From assembly GCA_038258655.1 (NCBI GenBank), contig JBBSPS010000002.1, positions 1-49,877 on the forward strand: 49,877 bases of DNA, read 5' to 3'. Position numbers and translations under genes: made by a program. How positions within the stretch are numbered: position 1 is the stretch's first letter; each line of letters opens with the position of its first letter. This document shows, in pieces, positions 16,654 through 26,041 of this stretch. The notes below the pieces were generated by a model. That model was not told the origin of the DNA. It did no database searches and worked only from the letters and a program-made list of their open reading frames with translations. This stretch comes from Bacteroidia bacterium. Its GTDB lineage: Bacteria > Bacteroidota > Bacteroidia > 2-12-FULL-35-15.

Positions 16654-17682
16654 CTATTTACTTTTCAAAACAACAAACTTCCAATAGGTCTTAATGATTA
16701 AGCCGAAAGAGACAGGCCTTAAACCGTTCTTCATATTAATGGCAGAAATATCAGCTAAACGTTTCCAATGATAAAGTAAGTCGTTGTATGCTTTGAACAA
16801 AGTAAATGAACTATCATAAATATGGCCTGGTTCTGAGCTTGCGCCATTTAATTCCATTATTTTGATAAAGTTACCTTGTTGAAAATCGCTTATTGTTTTT
16901 GCTTTTAAATCAAAACGGCCATAATAAAAGCCCTTAATGGGTAAACTCATTTTATCGAATGCTTTATTCAAATCATCATTAATTATGTGATTAAAATTAA
17001 TGAAGCGTGTACCTCTGCAATGGTTTCCGATTGGTTCTAATAGGATTTTTTCATTATTAACCGGAATGCGATTAATTGCATTTCCCATTTCTGTTTTTAA
17101 CCGATCTATCTGAAATCTAGCTCTCGTACTTTGTTTCATCAACTCAACAATACTTGATTTCCCATCACCAGTAACGGCTAAGAATTCTTTTAAAGTAATG
17201 GAACTCACTTCTCCTTTTTCTGAGTTGGGTAATCGGCTATAAAGCACCCCAAATTCTAAATCGTAATCAATAAACTCTTGAATGATATAATTAAAATCAG
17301 CCTTAGTATGATAATGAATTAATTCTTTTTCATTACTCACTTTGCAAACATTATTTCCTCTTTCTCCCACATCAGGTTTTGCTATTACTGGATATTCAAT
17401 TTTATTTTCCAATATATTTTTCTTAATAATTAAGAAATCAGATTTTTTAATCACGGAAATACTATTTGGTAGATACTCTTTATCAATTAACGATAAAATT
17501 TCTGATTTACTTTCTCCAAAAAATCCTCCTAAATCAATTCCGGGATTTGCAACACTAAAGTAGGCGAATGATCTATTTTTTAAAGATAAATAAACCCAAT
17601 AAGGAAGAACTGGCAGATAAAAAATCCACCAAGGCCAATATTCATATTTAAATGTTTTGAATAAAAAAAGTGGTATTCTCAT
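16654..17682 (-). CDS. membrane-anchored ATP-grasp family ligase (substrate unknown)
   Basis: 342 aa. Hydrophobic N-terminus WPWWIFYLPVLPYWVYLSL. ATP-grasp pattern: YPVIAKPDVGERGNNV, IIQEFIDY, IMELNGASSEPGH. Confidence 0.65.
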   Translation of the reverse strand: MRIPLFLFKTFKYEYWPWWIFYLPVLPYWVYLSLKNRSFAYFSVANPGIDLGGFFGESKSEILSLIDKEYLPNSISVIKKSDFLIIKKNILENKIEYPVIAKPDVGERGNNVCKVSNEKELIHYHTKADFNYIIQEFIDYDLEFGVLYSRLPNSEKGEVSSITLKEFLAVTGDGKSSIVELMKQSTRARFQIDRLKTEMGNAINRIPVNNEKILLEPIGNHCRGTRFINFNHIINDDLNKAFDKMSLPIKGFYYGRFDLKAKTISDFQQGNFIKIMELNGASSEPGHIYDSSFTLFKAYNDLLYHWKRLADISAINMKNGLRPVSFGLIIKTYWKFVVLKSK

Positions 17683-17685
17683 AGA

Positions 17686-18411
17686 TTAACTGCCAATAAT
17701 TTTATTTGAATAAAGTTTTTTATTTATTACGTCTTCGTAAACAATTTCTGTCTCAAATTCATTTCTTTTATTAATTGAACAAATACTTACTGTTTTTTTG
17801 TGAGAACGATTCATCACTAAATCATTCTCTTTGTCACCCGAACCTCCAAAATGATGAAACATTAAAATATTGTCTTTTGTGAAAATTTCATTTTTTTTAA
17901 CCCACTCGTTAAACCACTCCTTTCGCTGTTTAATAACTTCATCAGAATATAGTGTAACCGATGACCATATATGAGGAAGTGAAGAGTCGTGACTAAAGTG
18001 ATGCGTTCTTTCACCATCCCATTTTAATTCACATAAACCTACCTTATTGTTTTGATGCTTAACAAATACAAGTGAGAAAGGTTCAATGTTTGTAAAGTCG
18101 TATTGCTCAATAAAATCATATTGATTTTGATAATTAAAAAAATCTAATACCACTAAGCCTCTGCTTTTTCTATAATTTCCTGTTGATGTATGCCGTTTAA
18201 ATGCCCCATTAAATAAACAAACAGTAAATCCATTTGATCCTGTTGCAATCCAAGTTCCTCCTGCTTTCGGATCTTTAGGATAATAAACTTGAACATCATT
18301 TACTTTGTATTTATTAATTGGTAGGGCAATTTGCCTTAATACATCCTCGTCTCTATTAGAAGTTAAAATAAAGCAATTGCCACTTTGCGGGAGATAAGTT
18401 ACAGTACACAT
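17686..18411 (-). CDS. NRDE (TANGO2-like) family protein
   Basis: 241 aa. Starts MCTVTYL and carries the LTSNRDE motif. Cys2 is consistent with an Ntn-hydrolase-like fold. Confidence 0.8.
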   Translation of the reverse strand: MCTVTYLPQSGNCFILTSNRDEDVLRQIALPINKYKVNDVQVYYPKDPKAGGTWIATGSNGFTVCLFNGAFKRHTSTGNYRKSRGLVVLDFFNYQNQYDFIEQYDFTNIEPFSLVFVKHQNNKVGLCELKWDGERTHHFSHDSSLPHIWSSVTLYSDEVIKQRKEWFNEWVKKNEIFTKDNILMFHHFGGSGDKENDLVMNRSHKKTVSICSINKRNEFETEIVYEDVINKKLYSNKIIGS

Positions 18412-18416
18412 GCGCG

Positions 18417-18920
18417 CTAACCAACAACCTCTTGAGATTTTAAAAATTGTACAGTACAGTCAGCATAACCAAAAGTATTAGACAAATCAATGTATTTTAG
18501 TTCTGATGAAATGGCAATTCTCATAATTGCTAAATGATGAACTGTATGCTCGATATTATATGTTATTTCTCGAAATAACGAGGTTTCCATTATTACTTCA
18601 GCAGCCTCATATTTTGATTTTAAGAGCAAGCGTTTATTAATATTTACTTGTTCAATTCTATCAACTATTTCATCAATGTAATCACACGCAAATCTCACAT
18701 TTTCTTCTAGAAGTAAATTCCTTTTTCTATCATCATAGCAAACTGTATCACCTGAAATAGAAATAAAAAGACATTCATAAAATTCTAATATATGCCTTAC
18801 ATGCCTTCCTAATGTACCATTTTCGAGGAGAGCTATATTTTTCGAATAATCCGAATCTTTAACCCCATTAAGAATTAATTTAAGCTCAAATAGTTGTTTC
18901 TTAGCAATTTCCTTTAACAT
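18417..18920 (-). CDS. DinB/YfiT-like four-helix-bundle metalloprotein
   Basis: 167 aa. His-containing motifs HVRHILEFY and HTVHHLAIM are spaced as in the DinB superfamily. Confidence 0.6.
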   Translation of the reverse strand: MLKEIAKKQLFELKLILNGVKDSDYSKNIALLENGTLGRHVRHILEFYECLFISISGDTVCYDDRKRNLLLEENVRFACDYIDEIVDRIEQVNINKRLLLKSKYEAAEVIMETSLFREITYNIEHTVHHLAIMRIAISSELKYIDLSNTFGYADCTVQFLKSQEVVG

Positions 18921-18924
18921 TATA

Positions 18925-19473
18925 TTATTTTTTTACTACATTAATTTCCATTGTGATAGTTGTATTATCAGATAGAATCATACTGCTTTCTCCAATACCA
19001 TAATCTAATCTGTTAATTGTAAACATACCTTTGAATACACCCTTACCATCAGTTTCAGTAAAACTGAATGGCACAACAACATCTTTAGTTGTATTTTTTA
19101 ATGTAAGTTTAAAGTACCCTTTATATGTTCCATCTTTTTCTTTACCAAATAGTGTGGCTTTCATATTAATTTTTGGGTAGGTATCCACATCAAAATACTC
19201 TTTTTTCTTTAAATGCTCGTCTCTTGTGTCATTACCAGTATTTACTGATTTGGAATCAATTGTTGCCTCAATCGAATTACTGTAACTTTTAACCGCATCA
19301 AATAATATAGTACCTGTAACAACTCCAAATTTTCCGTCAATGGTAAATCCTGCATTTTTAATTTTAAATGACACTGTAGAAGATACAATTGTCCACTCCG
19401 TATTTTGAGGTTGGTAAGTAAATCCTGTAAGTGTTAAAAAAGCAATGCAGATAATTAGAAGTAAACGATTCAT
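18925..19473 (-). CDS. YceI family periplasmic (polyisoprenoid-binding-like) protein
   Basis: 182 aa with a signal peptide. VSFKIKNAGFTIDGKF..NDTRDEHLKKKEYFDVDTYPKI is the YceI pattern. Confidence 0.85.
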   Translation of the reverse strand: MNRLLLIICIAFLTLTGFTYQPQNTEWTIVSSTVSFKIKNAGFTIDGKFGVVTGTILFDAVKSYSNSIEATIDSKSVNTGNDTRDEHLKKKEYFDVDTYPKINMKATLFGKEKDGTYKGYFKLTLKNTTKDVVVPFSFTETDGKGVFKGMFTINRLDYGIGESSMILSDNTTITMEINVVKK

Positions 19474-19491
19474 AACTTAACTATTTTATAT

Positions 19492-20232
19492 TTATCTAAA
19501 AGGTGAAAAGGTAATTCCTATCATGCCCATAAGTGATTTATTTCTCCAACGATCATTTTCTAATCTCAATTTATTTTCGGTGGTATATTCGGTAAAAGCA
19601 AATGAAGCCCCTGCTTTTATCGCCCATTTGGGCTTAAACCAATATCTGAAATACAGCTCAGAATTTAAAGCGCCAATGTCATTATCGCTTACAAGTAACA
19701 AATTAAGTGATGTTGGTGATGCTGTTTGTGTTGTTCCATTGGCGATAGACTGATATGCAATATATTTACCTGTTGTTTTTCCTCCAAAAGAAAACCCAAC
19801 GGCATCAATATTAAATCCAATATCAAATTTTTCTTTAATTGTATATTGTAGGTTAATGCTAATGTTTAGAGAATTGCTTTGTGCCTTGGCGACATAAAAT
19901 GTGTCAACGTTCTCATAATATATTTTAGAAAATAATACTTGTGGGCCTGTTTGTTTTGAAGTTAATATTGCAGGAGCTGTTACGTAGTATAGATTTTTAC
20001 CTACCTGTGAGTTGAAACGAATTCCGTATCCAATTTTGAATCTTTTCTTTTTTGTGATTGAATGAAAATGCACCCACGACAATGCTCCTAACGATTGATT
20101 TCCATCAGTAGCAAGGGCTAAATCAAAATTATTATTGTATATGTATCCCTTCTTAACTTCAGTTACATCTTGTGCAAACCCTAGGCTATTAATTAATAAA
20201 AAGAGCACTACTAATAAAGGTATTTTTTTCAT
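19492..20232 (-). CDS. outer-membrane beta-barrel protein (function unknown)
   Basis: 246 aa. Signal peptide MKKIPLLVVLFLLINSLGFAQ, then alternating amphipathic strands with an aromatic-rich C-terminus. Confidence 0.55.
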   Translation of the reverse strand: MKKIPLLVVLFLLINSLGFAQDVTEVKKGYIYNNNFDLALATDGNQSLGALSWVHFHSITKKKRFKIGYGIRFNSQVGKNLYYVTAPAILTSKQTGPQVLFSKIYYENVDTFYVAKAQSNSLNISINLQYTIKEKFDIGFNIDAVGFSFGGKTTGKYIAYQSIANGTTQTASPTSLNLLLVSDNDIGALNSELYFRYWFKPKWAIKAGASFAFTEYTTENKLRLENDRWRNKSLMGMIGITFSPFR

Positions 20233-20310
20233 AGATTACGATATTTGTTTTAACAAAGATATTTTGACTTTAACTATTTATTTGTCGGCTTAACGACATT
20301 CCTTTGCTAA

Positions 20311-21036
20311 TTATTTATAAATCTGATTTTGATTAATCGCTCTCATAATACTTTCCGGATTCATGTACCTTTCTCTTCCTTGTTCATTTAAGTGCTTAAT
20401 TCCGTTCCATTGTATTAAATTGAGCTTAAAACGCACTTCTTTACTCCATGATAGCAATTTATACCCTAATCCATGCTCTATGCAGCGCATATCAGTTTTA
20501 TACTCAAATTGATCCATTTTCTTTTTACTTAAATGCATAAACAATAGTTTTAAAAAATAAAATCCAACTCTTTTATTGTAATCACTTATGTGGCTTAATT
20601 CGTGACCAACCACTCCTATCTGAGCGTTAAATGATAAGTTACTTAATAGGATTGCGGAAAATCTGGAATCCGTTTTATTACTAATTGTAATGATGTATTT
20701 ACGTTTAGTAGCTTTACGAAAAAAAGTAAATATTCTCGGTCGAGCAGTTAAAGGAGAGGCTTGTTTTTTTATCCGAATTTTTATTTTAGTATTCTCCAAT
20801 TCAGGAAAATAAAGCAAAGCTATTTTTACTATTGTATCATATTGCAAGGGTATGGTTTTGTTTTTTGTTGTAATGCCTGTGCAAAAGTAAGTGTTGGCAG
20901 AATCTCTTGCAAATTCTTTCACTATTGTTTGAGAGTAGGTGTTTTCAGCAATCAATGTTAAAAGCCCCCAAAGCAAGCAACTAAAATGCTTCTGCAAATA
21001 TGAGGTAAATACCTTGAGAGTCTTTTGTAACGCCAT
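20311..21036 (-). CDS. HExxH zinc-metalloprotease-like protein
   Basis: 241 aa. Hydrophobic N-terminus and a VVGHELSHISDY motif. Overlaps the upstream gene by 56 nt. Confidence 0.5.
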   Translation of the reverse strand: MALQKTLKVFTSYLQKHFSCLLWGLLTLIAENTYSQTIVKEFARDSANTYFCTGITTKNKTIPLQYDTIVKIALLYFPELENTKIKIRIKKQASPLTARPRIFTFFRKATKRKYIITISNKTDSRFSAILLSNLSFNAQIGVVGHELSHISDYNKRVGFYFLKLLFMHLSKKKMDQFEYKTDMRCIEHGLGYKLLSWSKEVRFKLNLIQWNGIKHLNEQGRERYMNPESIMRAINQNQIYK

Positions 21037-22093
21037 AATCCAGTCGTAAATTTGTATTTTCTTTTTTGTTGATCTTTATTCTTAATCCTACTCCGTAATC
21101 GTAATGAATTTCATTTTTTTTAAAATCTTTTATTTCTTTTGCCACCGAGCCCACACCTCCAAAAACAGCAAGACCAAACCATTTGTAAACAGGCATCCTG
21201 AATTCTTCCTGCAATACAATCATATTGTTATCTCTAAAACGTCCTCTATAATAACCTCTTAAAAATCTTGCTCCACCAATTGTTGCTAACATCCTGTAAG
21301 GCACTTCTCCCTTGTTAATAAAGATGTAGGCATTGCCATTCCAAATCAGTTTTTTAAATAAGGTGTAGTATTTACGGGCATCAAAAGTGAAAGAAGTAAA
21401 TTTATATGGACTCCCAATAAGTTTGTCGAAATACTGTAAGGATGTTTCAACGTAACAACCATTAGCAGGGTTTAATGGATTATCTCTTTTATCATAAATC
21501 AAAATAGGCCCAATGCCTGATGCCGTATACCCTGCCCCTCCCGGAATAAGTTGACCCATTGTCGCCATCCGATCTATTAATTTCATATCAAGATTGTATA
21601 GCTTCTCATATTGATAATAAAATCCACCGTAAAAATTCTTTTGCAGCTGAACCAAATTTTTAGATTTCAATTTAACTACATCGAATGATATCATTATTCT
21701 ATCGCTTTCTTTGGTATCATTTGAAGTGCCATAAAAAAATTCAGGAAATCGGCTGTAATCCAATCCTCCTGTTAAATAGAATTTATTTTTTTTAAACCAA
21801 ATTTGATAATCGTTTTCAATAGAAAATTGCTTATTGATAGTGTAAGACAAATAGCTTTGTGCGTTGGATTTTTTATTGATTAAAGTAGATTTACTTGTAT
21901 TAAAATAGGCATAAATAAAACCACCAAAACCCAATCGGGTTTCAGGAGAATAAAACGCAGATGGCAATACTCCAATCTTTAGGGTTTTTAATGAATCAGC
22001 CGGGGAAGAAAAGGCTTTGTTAAAAACAAAAAAAATTATGAAAAATTTTATTCCCTTTAAAACTAACAAAGATTTTCCTACCCAATCGTTCAT
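20981..22093 (-). CDS. Omp85/BamA-TamA family beta-barrel (no POTRA region evident)
   Basis: 370 aa with a signal peptide. Surface-antigen-D15-like C-terminus ..NLRLDYGVTKDSQGIYLIFAEAF ending in Phe. Confidence 0.65.
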   Translation of the reverse strand: MNDWVGKSLLVLKGIKFFIIFFVFNKAFSSPADSLKTLKIGVLPSAFYSPETRLGFGGFIYAYFNTSKSTLINKKSNAQSYLSYTINKQFSIENDYQIWFKKNKFYLTGGLDYSRFPEFFYGTSNDTKESDRIMISFDVVKLKSKNLVQLQKNFYGGFYYQYEKLYNLDMKLIDRMATMGQLIPGGAGYTASGIGPILIYDKRDNPLNPANGCYVETSLQYFDKLIGSPYKFTSFTFDARKYYTLFKKLIWNGNAYIFINKGEVPYRMLATIGGARFLRGYYRGRFRDNNMIVLQEEFRMPVYKWFGLAVFGGVGSVAKEIKDFKKNEIHYDYGVGLRIKINKKENTNLRLDYGVTKDSQGIYLIFAEAF

Positions 22094-22099
22094 TTTGGT

Positions 22100-22684
22100 T
22101 TATAGATGTTTTAGGATTTCGTTTACGCTAACACGGTTTTTATAATTCACATCAAAATAACGATATGTTATTTTCCCTTCTTTATTTATAATATAAACCG
22201 CAGGCACCGGAAGATTATTTCCATTGCTTCCATTCATTTCTTGTAAATTAATTCCGTAGCCTTTATATTTTACGGTGGTTCTTTCGTCTAATGCAAAAGC
22301 TACTTTGTAGGCAGACATAATTTTTAAACTATCATCCGATAATACAGAATATGTGGCTTTTGTTTTTTGAATTGTTTTTGCAATATTTTCTTGCTTTTCG
22401 GGAGAAACAGCTATTATACTTGCTCCTTTATTTGTTATTAAAGTCATAGAGTCTTCTAATTCCATCAATTGTTTATTACAATAAGGGCACCACTCACCTC
22501 TATAAAAAACGATAACAACCGAGCCTTTTTTTAATAAATCAGTTAAAATTACTGTTTTACCATTTTGATCGATTGAAGTAATATTAGGTGCACTATCATT
22601 AACATTCAAACCTTCAGGAAAGTTTGATATTGTAAATGAGAATAGTGTTACTACTAAAAAACTATAAGAAAGAGCTTTTTTCAT
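22100..22684 (-). CDS. thioredoxin-fold redoxin (AhpC/TSA-TlpA-like), secreted
   Basis: I start it at the ATG at 22684 (MKKALSYSFLVVTLFSF). VVIVFYRGEWCPYCNKQ is a CxxC motif. Confidence 0.8.
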   Translation of the reverse strand: MKKALSYSFLVVTLFSFTISNFPEGLNVNDSAPNITSIDQNGKTVILTDLLKKGSVVIVFYRGEWCPYCNKQLMELEDSMTLITNKGASIIAVSPEKQENIAKTIQKTKATYSVLSDDSLKIMSAYKVAFALDERTTVKYKGYGINLQEMNGSNGNNLPVPAVYIINKEGKITYRYFDVNYKNRVSVNEILKHL

Positions 22685-22794
22685 TTTTATGTATTTTTGC
22701 GCTAAGGTAGTTCCGAAAAAAAATAAAAATGTCGTATAAACGACAATTACATAACTCTCTGTTTTGTAACTTTGTATTTTAAAACATACAAAAC

Positions 22795-24090
22795 ATGAAT
22801 TCAAAAAATAAATCCCTGCTAATTTTCTTATTTTTTATGTATTTCCCATTTTGCTTTATTTTTTCGCAAGGATGGACCTCACTCAATACCTCTGGATCAA
22901 TATCCCCTAGAACAAATGCTTCCGCAATTTATGTTCCTTCTCAAAATAAGATGTTTGTTTTTGGTGGAGCACTTTCTGTTGGAACTACAAATGAACTATG
23001 GAGCCTTGATTTCAATTCTAATAGCTGGACTCTTATTCCCTCCAAATCAACTCAACTTCCACCGGCACGCTATACCCATATATGTATGTATGATTCATTA
23101 ATGAACCGCATACTGGTTTGGTCGGGTCAAGGAGCTTCCTTATACAATGACGTATGGGCCTTTAATTTTAGTGATAGTACTTGGCAAGTTCTTTTTCCAG
23201 ATGGAAATGTTACTGGTGCGCCACTTAAACGCTATGGAACGGCAACTATTTTTGATCCGAAGAATAAAAATATTATCAACTTTGCAGGCTTTACTACTTC
23301 CGGTCGGTTTGATGATACCTGGAGCTTTGATGTTAATGGACAAAATTGGACAGATAGGAGTAATTCGTATTTTCCTTTAAAAAGATGCCTTACTTCTTCA
23401 GCTTTTGCTGCTGATCGAAGAGAAATGATTGTTTTTGGTGGACAGAGCACTGGCAATTTAAATGATATTTGGAAGCTAAATGTCGATACCTATAATTGGA
23501 CAAATATAACTCCAACCGTTAATCCTGGAGGAAGGCATTTTGCATCGAATACCTATTGCGGGAATGGCACTGTAGTTATTTTTGGCGGAAACTCACTTTC
23601 TCAAGGGAATAATTCGGGAGCGTTGAATGATTTATGGAAATTTTCTTTGAATACTCAAAAATGGGACACTTTGCCTCAAATTGGCTCAAAGCCTCTTCCT
23701 CGTTTTGACCATACTTCTATTTATATTCCTTCACAAGATAAGTTAGTGATTTTTGGTGGGCAAGGTATTTCTTCATTGTTTTCGGATACTTGGATATATA
23801 ATGGCATCTATAGTCTTATAAATGGAATAAGTGAGAATGATAATCAACCTTTAGATTTGACATGCTATCCAAATCCCACGAACAGTATTTTATATATTGA
23901 AATGAGTAGGAATAATTTTGAAATCACTTCCGCTTATGTTACAGACGCTTTGGGACGAATAGTTATTAATGTTGCCTTAGCAGAACAAAATAATAGTATT
24001 GATATTTCTTTCTTAAATAATGGAATTTATAATCTTGTTATAGAATCGGGAACAAAAAAATTATCGAAGCGTTTTATTAAAACTGAGTAA
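22795..24090 (+). CDS. Kelch-repeat protein with T9SS C-terminal sorting domain
   Basis: 431 aa with a signal peptide. Repeated ..VFGG../..W.. Kelch blades. C-terminus LTCYPNPTNSILYIE..GIYNLVIESG is Por_Secre_tail-like. Confidence 0.8.
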   Translation: MNSKNKSLLIFLFFMYFPFCFIFSQGWTSLNTSGSISPRTNASAIYVPSQNKMFVFGGALSVGTTNELWSLDFNSNSWTLIPSKSTQLPPARYTHICMYDSLMNRILVWSGQGASLYNDVWAFNFSDSTWQVLFPDGNVTGAPLKRYGTATIFDPKNKNIINFAGFTTSGRFDDTWSFDVNGQNWTDRSNSYFPLKRCLTSSAFAADRREMIVFGGQSTGNLNDIWKLNVDTYNWTNITPTVNPGGRHFASNTYCGNGTVVIFGGNSLSQGNNSGALNDLWKFSLNTQKWDTLPQIGSKPLPRFDHTSIYIPSQDKLVIFGGQGISSLFSDTWIYNGIYSLINGISENDNQPLDLTCYPNPTNSILYIEMSRNNFEITSAYVTDALGRIVINVALAEQNNSIDISFLNNGIYNLVIESGTKKLSKRFIKTE

Positions 24091-24170
24091 CTCTTTAAAA
24101 TGAATGTAGACTCCGCAAGTTTTTTGGTTCTTCACAGCGTGGATTTCGTCCTAATATTTTCTCCAAATAA

Positions 24171-24833
24171 TTATTTAAAATACTGAATCACTTCATTTTC
24201 TTCCTTTCGCTTTAAATCAGGCACTAATGTATTTTCAGCAGGGTATCCGATTGGTATTAACAAAAATGGTTTTTCGTTTTCAGGTCGGTTAAGTAATTTA
24301 ATTAAAAAATTCATTGGACTTGGGGTATGTGTTAATGCCACTAAACCACAATAATGAATCGCCTCTAATAAAAAACCACAAGCTAAACCAACTGATTCGG
24401 TAACATAATAATTGTTTCGTTTTTGCCCGTTGTTTAAATCGTACGATTTTTTGAAAACAATAATTAAAGCAGGAGCATTTTCCAAAAAAGGTTTATGCCA
24501 ATCGGTTCCCAAATAACTTAAATCTTCGAGCCAATCTTTTGGCATTCGCCCATTGTAACTTTCATACTCCTCCTTTTCTGCCGCTGCTTTTATTTTTGAT
24601 TTTAGCTCAGGATTTGTGACAATGCAGAAAGTCCAAGGTTGTTTATGTGCACCTGACGGAGCAGTAGACGCCGCCATTATAATATTTTCTATTACTTGCG
24701 CTGGTATAGGCTTAGAAGAGAAATCTCTAACCGTTCTTCGCTTGTTCATATAATCTAAATGATTATTGCTTCGTGTAACCATTTCTACTTCTGAGTAGGT
24801 CACTTTTTTATAAGATACAAATTTAGCTTCCAT
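24171..24833 (-). CDS. nitroreductase-superfamily flavoprotein, iodotyrosine-deiodinase-like
   Basis: 220 aa. RRTVRDFSSKPIP..APSGAHKQPWTF plus EKEEYESYNGRMPKDWLEDLSYLGTDWHKPFLENAPALIIVF, which resembles the IYD subclass active-site lid. Confidence 0.7.
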   Translation of the reverse strand: MEAKFVSYKKVTYSEVEMVTRSNNHLDYMNKRRTVRDFSSKPIPAQVIENIIMAASTAPSGAHKQPWTFCIVTNPELKSKIKAAAEKEEYESYNGRMPKDWLEDLSYLGTDWHKPFLENAPALIIVFKKSYDLNNGQKRNNYYVTESVGLACGFLLEAIHYCGLVALTHTPSPMNFLIKLLNRPENEKPFLLIPIGYPAENTLVPDLKRKEENEVIQYFK

Positions 24834-24969
24834 GTGTGTGATGTAATTGCTATTAATATTGTCAGGTTAAATGTGTTTACCAATATAATATTTAGTTTTT
24901 ATCCATAGATCAGAAGTCGCTATCAGTTTATTATTCTAGTATATTCCACACATTCATAAGATTGTACTA

Positions 24970-25359
24970 TCACCTCATTGATTTTATTTTATGTTTTTCA
25001 AGATACAAACATATCCCGCAGCTAACTAAAACTATTATTGCCAATATGAATAAATAACCGCCATCACCTTGAACTTCTATACCAAGCTTTGTTAAATGCG
25101 CAATAATGGCTCCTGATATTATTGCTAATCCCAATATAGATCCAATCCATCTGGTTACAGGAATAAGAATCAGAATAGAAGCAATTAATTCTCCAATACC
25201 ACTGCCAATTCTACCCCATGGTTCAATACCAAGTGTTGAAAAAATATAAACACTTTCGGGAGCTGCACTAAATTTAAAATAAAGTGTTTGAAGCATTATT
25301 AATGCCGAAACAGTGGCGGCAATCCAAGAAATAATTTTTGATAACTTAGTGTTTTTCAT
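24970..25359 (-). CDS. DoxX family membrane protein
   Basis: I start it at the ATG at 25359 (MKNTKLSKIISW). Four hydrophobic helices. Confidence 0.7.
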   Translation of the reverse strand: MKNTKLSKIISWIAATVSALIMLQTLYFKFSAAPESVYIFSTLGIEPWGRIGSGIGELIASILILIPVTRWIGSILGLAIISGAIIAHLTKLGIEVQGDGGYLFILAIIVLVSCGICLYLEKHKIKSMR

Positions 25360-25510
25360 GTTAATTGAGTTGAGAATTACCAAACAATACCGAATATTGT
25401 TTGCACCAAATTAGAATGTAGTTATATTTATTTATATTGGCAGAATCAATAGAATAATAAAAGCTGCCTGAATTGGATTTTAATGATCCTAAGTTATATA
25501 AGTGCTTTTT

Positions 25511-25975
25511 TCATTTATATATCGTTACCCAATTTTTATCCGCTTTTGGTTTCAAAATTTTTTCATCTTTATTCCATTTTGGTAAAGTATTAGTAAAATA
25601 AGCGTTATAAAAAAGATATAATTTGCTATCAACTATTTTATACGTTTCAGGATCAACTTCAACTTTCTCACCCGTGTTACCCATTGCATAAGCGCACCAG
25701 CCTCCATATGCAGGCTCAAATTTTTCTGGTGATATTTTAAATAAATCTAAATTACCTTGTGAAGAAAAGTAATAACTTACACCCTTATGAAGAAAAGCGA
25801 AACTTTTAGTGCCTTTTTTTGGTTTCCCTGTAAAATAGGACACAACATCGTAACCAACAACAGCAAGATTCCCATCCGACAAATTAAATTGCTTTTTTCG
25901 CTTATCCAATTCTGTGTTTTGGGCAGATGTAAGAAGACTTGTAAATACTAAAAAAATTAAGGTTATTGTTCTCAT
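25511..25975 (-). CDS. YHS domain-containing periplasmic protein
   Basis: 154 aa with a signal peptide. GYDVVSYF..YYFSS..F..PAYGGWCAYAM pattern. Confidence 0.75.
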   Translation of the reverse strand: MRTITLIFLVFTSLLTSAQNTELDKRKKQFNLSDGNLAVVGYDVVSYFTGKPKKGTKSFAFLHKGVSYYFSSQGNLDLFKISPEKFEPAYGGWCAYAMGNTGEKVEVDPETYKIVDSKLYLFYNAYFTNTLPKWNKDEKILKPKADKNWVTIYK

Positions 25976-26041
25976 TTCCTTTTTTTAGTAAAAGTAGGAA
26001 ACAAATGTGGTGTGAATTGTCAGGTAAACGACAAATGAGCA

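Noticed and set aside
20981-21036. The 56-nt overlap between the Omp85-like and HExxH genes as a sign of a frameshifted single gene
   Set aside because: The barrel ends with a typical terminal ..FAEAF, and the second ORF begins with its own hydrophobic leader. Two genes are the simpler reading.
24858-26025. Exact 10-mer ATTGTCAGGT upstream of both the nitroreductase and the YHS genes (24858-24867 and 26016-26025)
   Set aside because: In AT-rich DNA, a 10-mer match among the many intergenic pairs is expected by chance, and there is no extended similarity around it.
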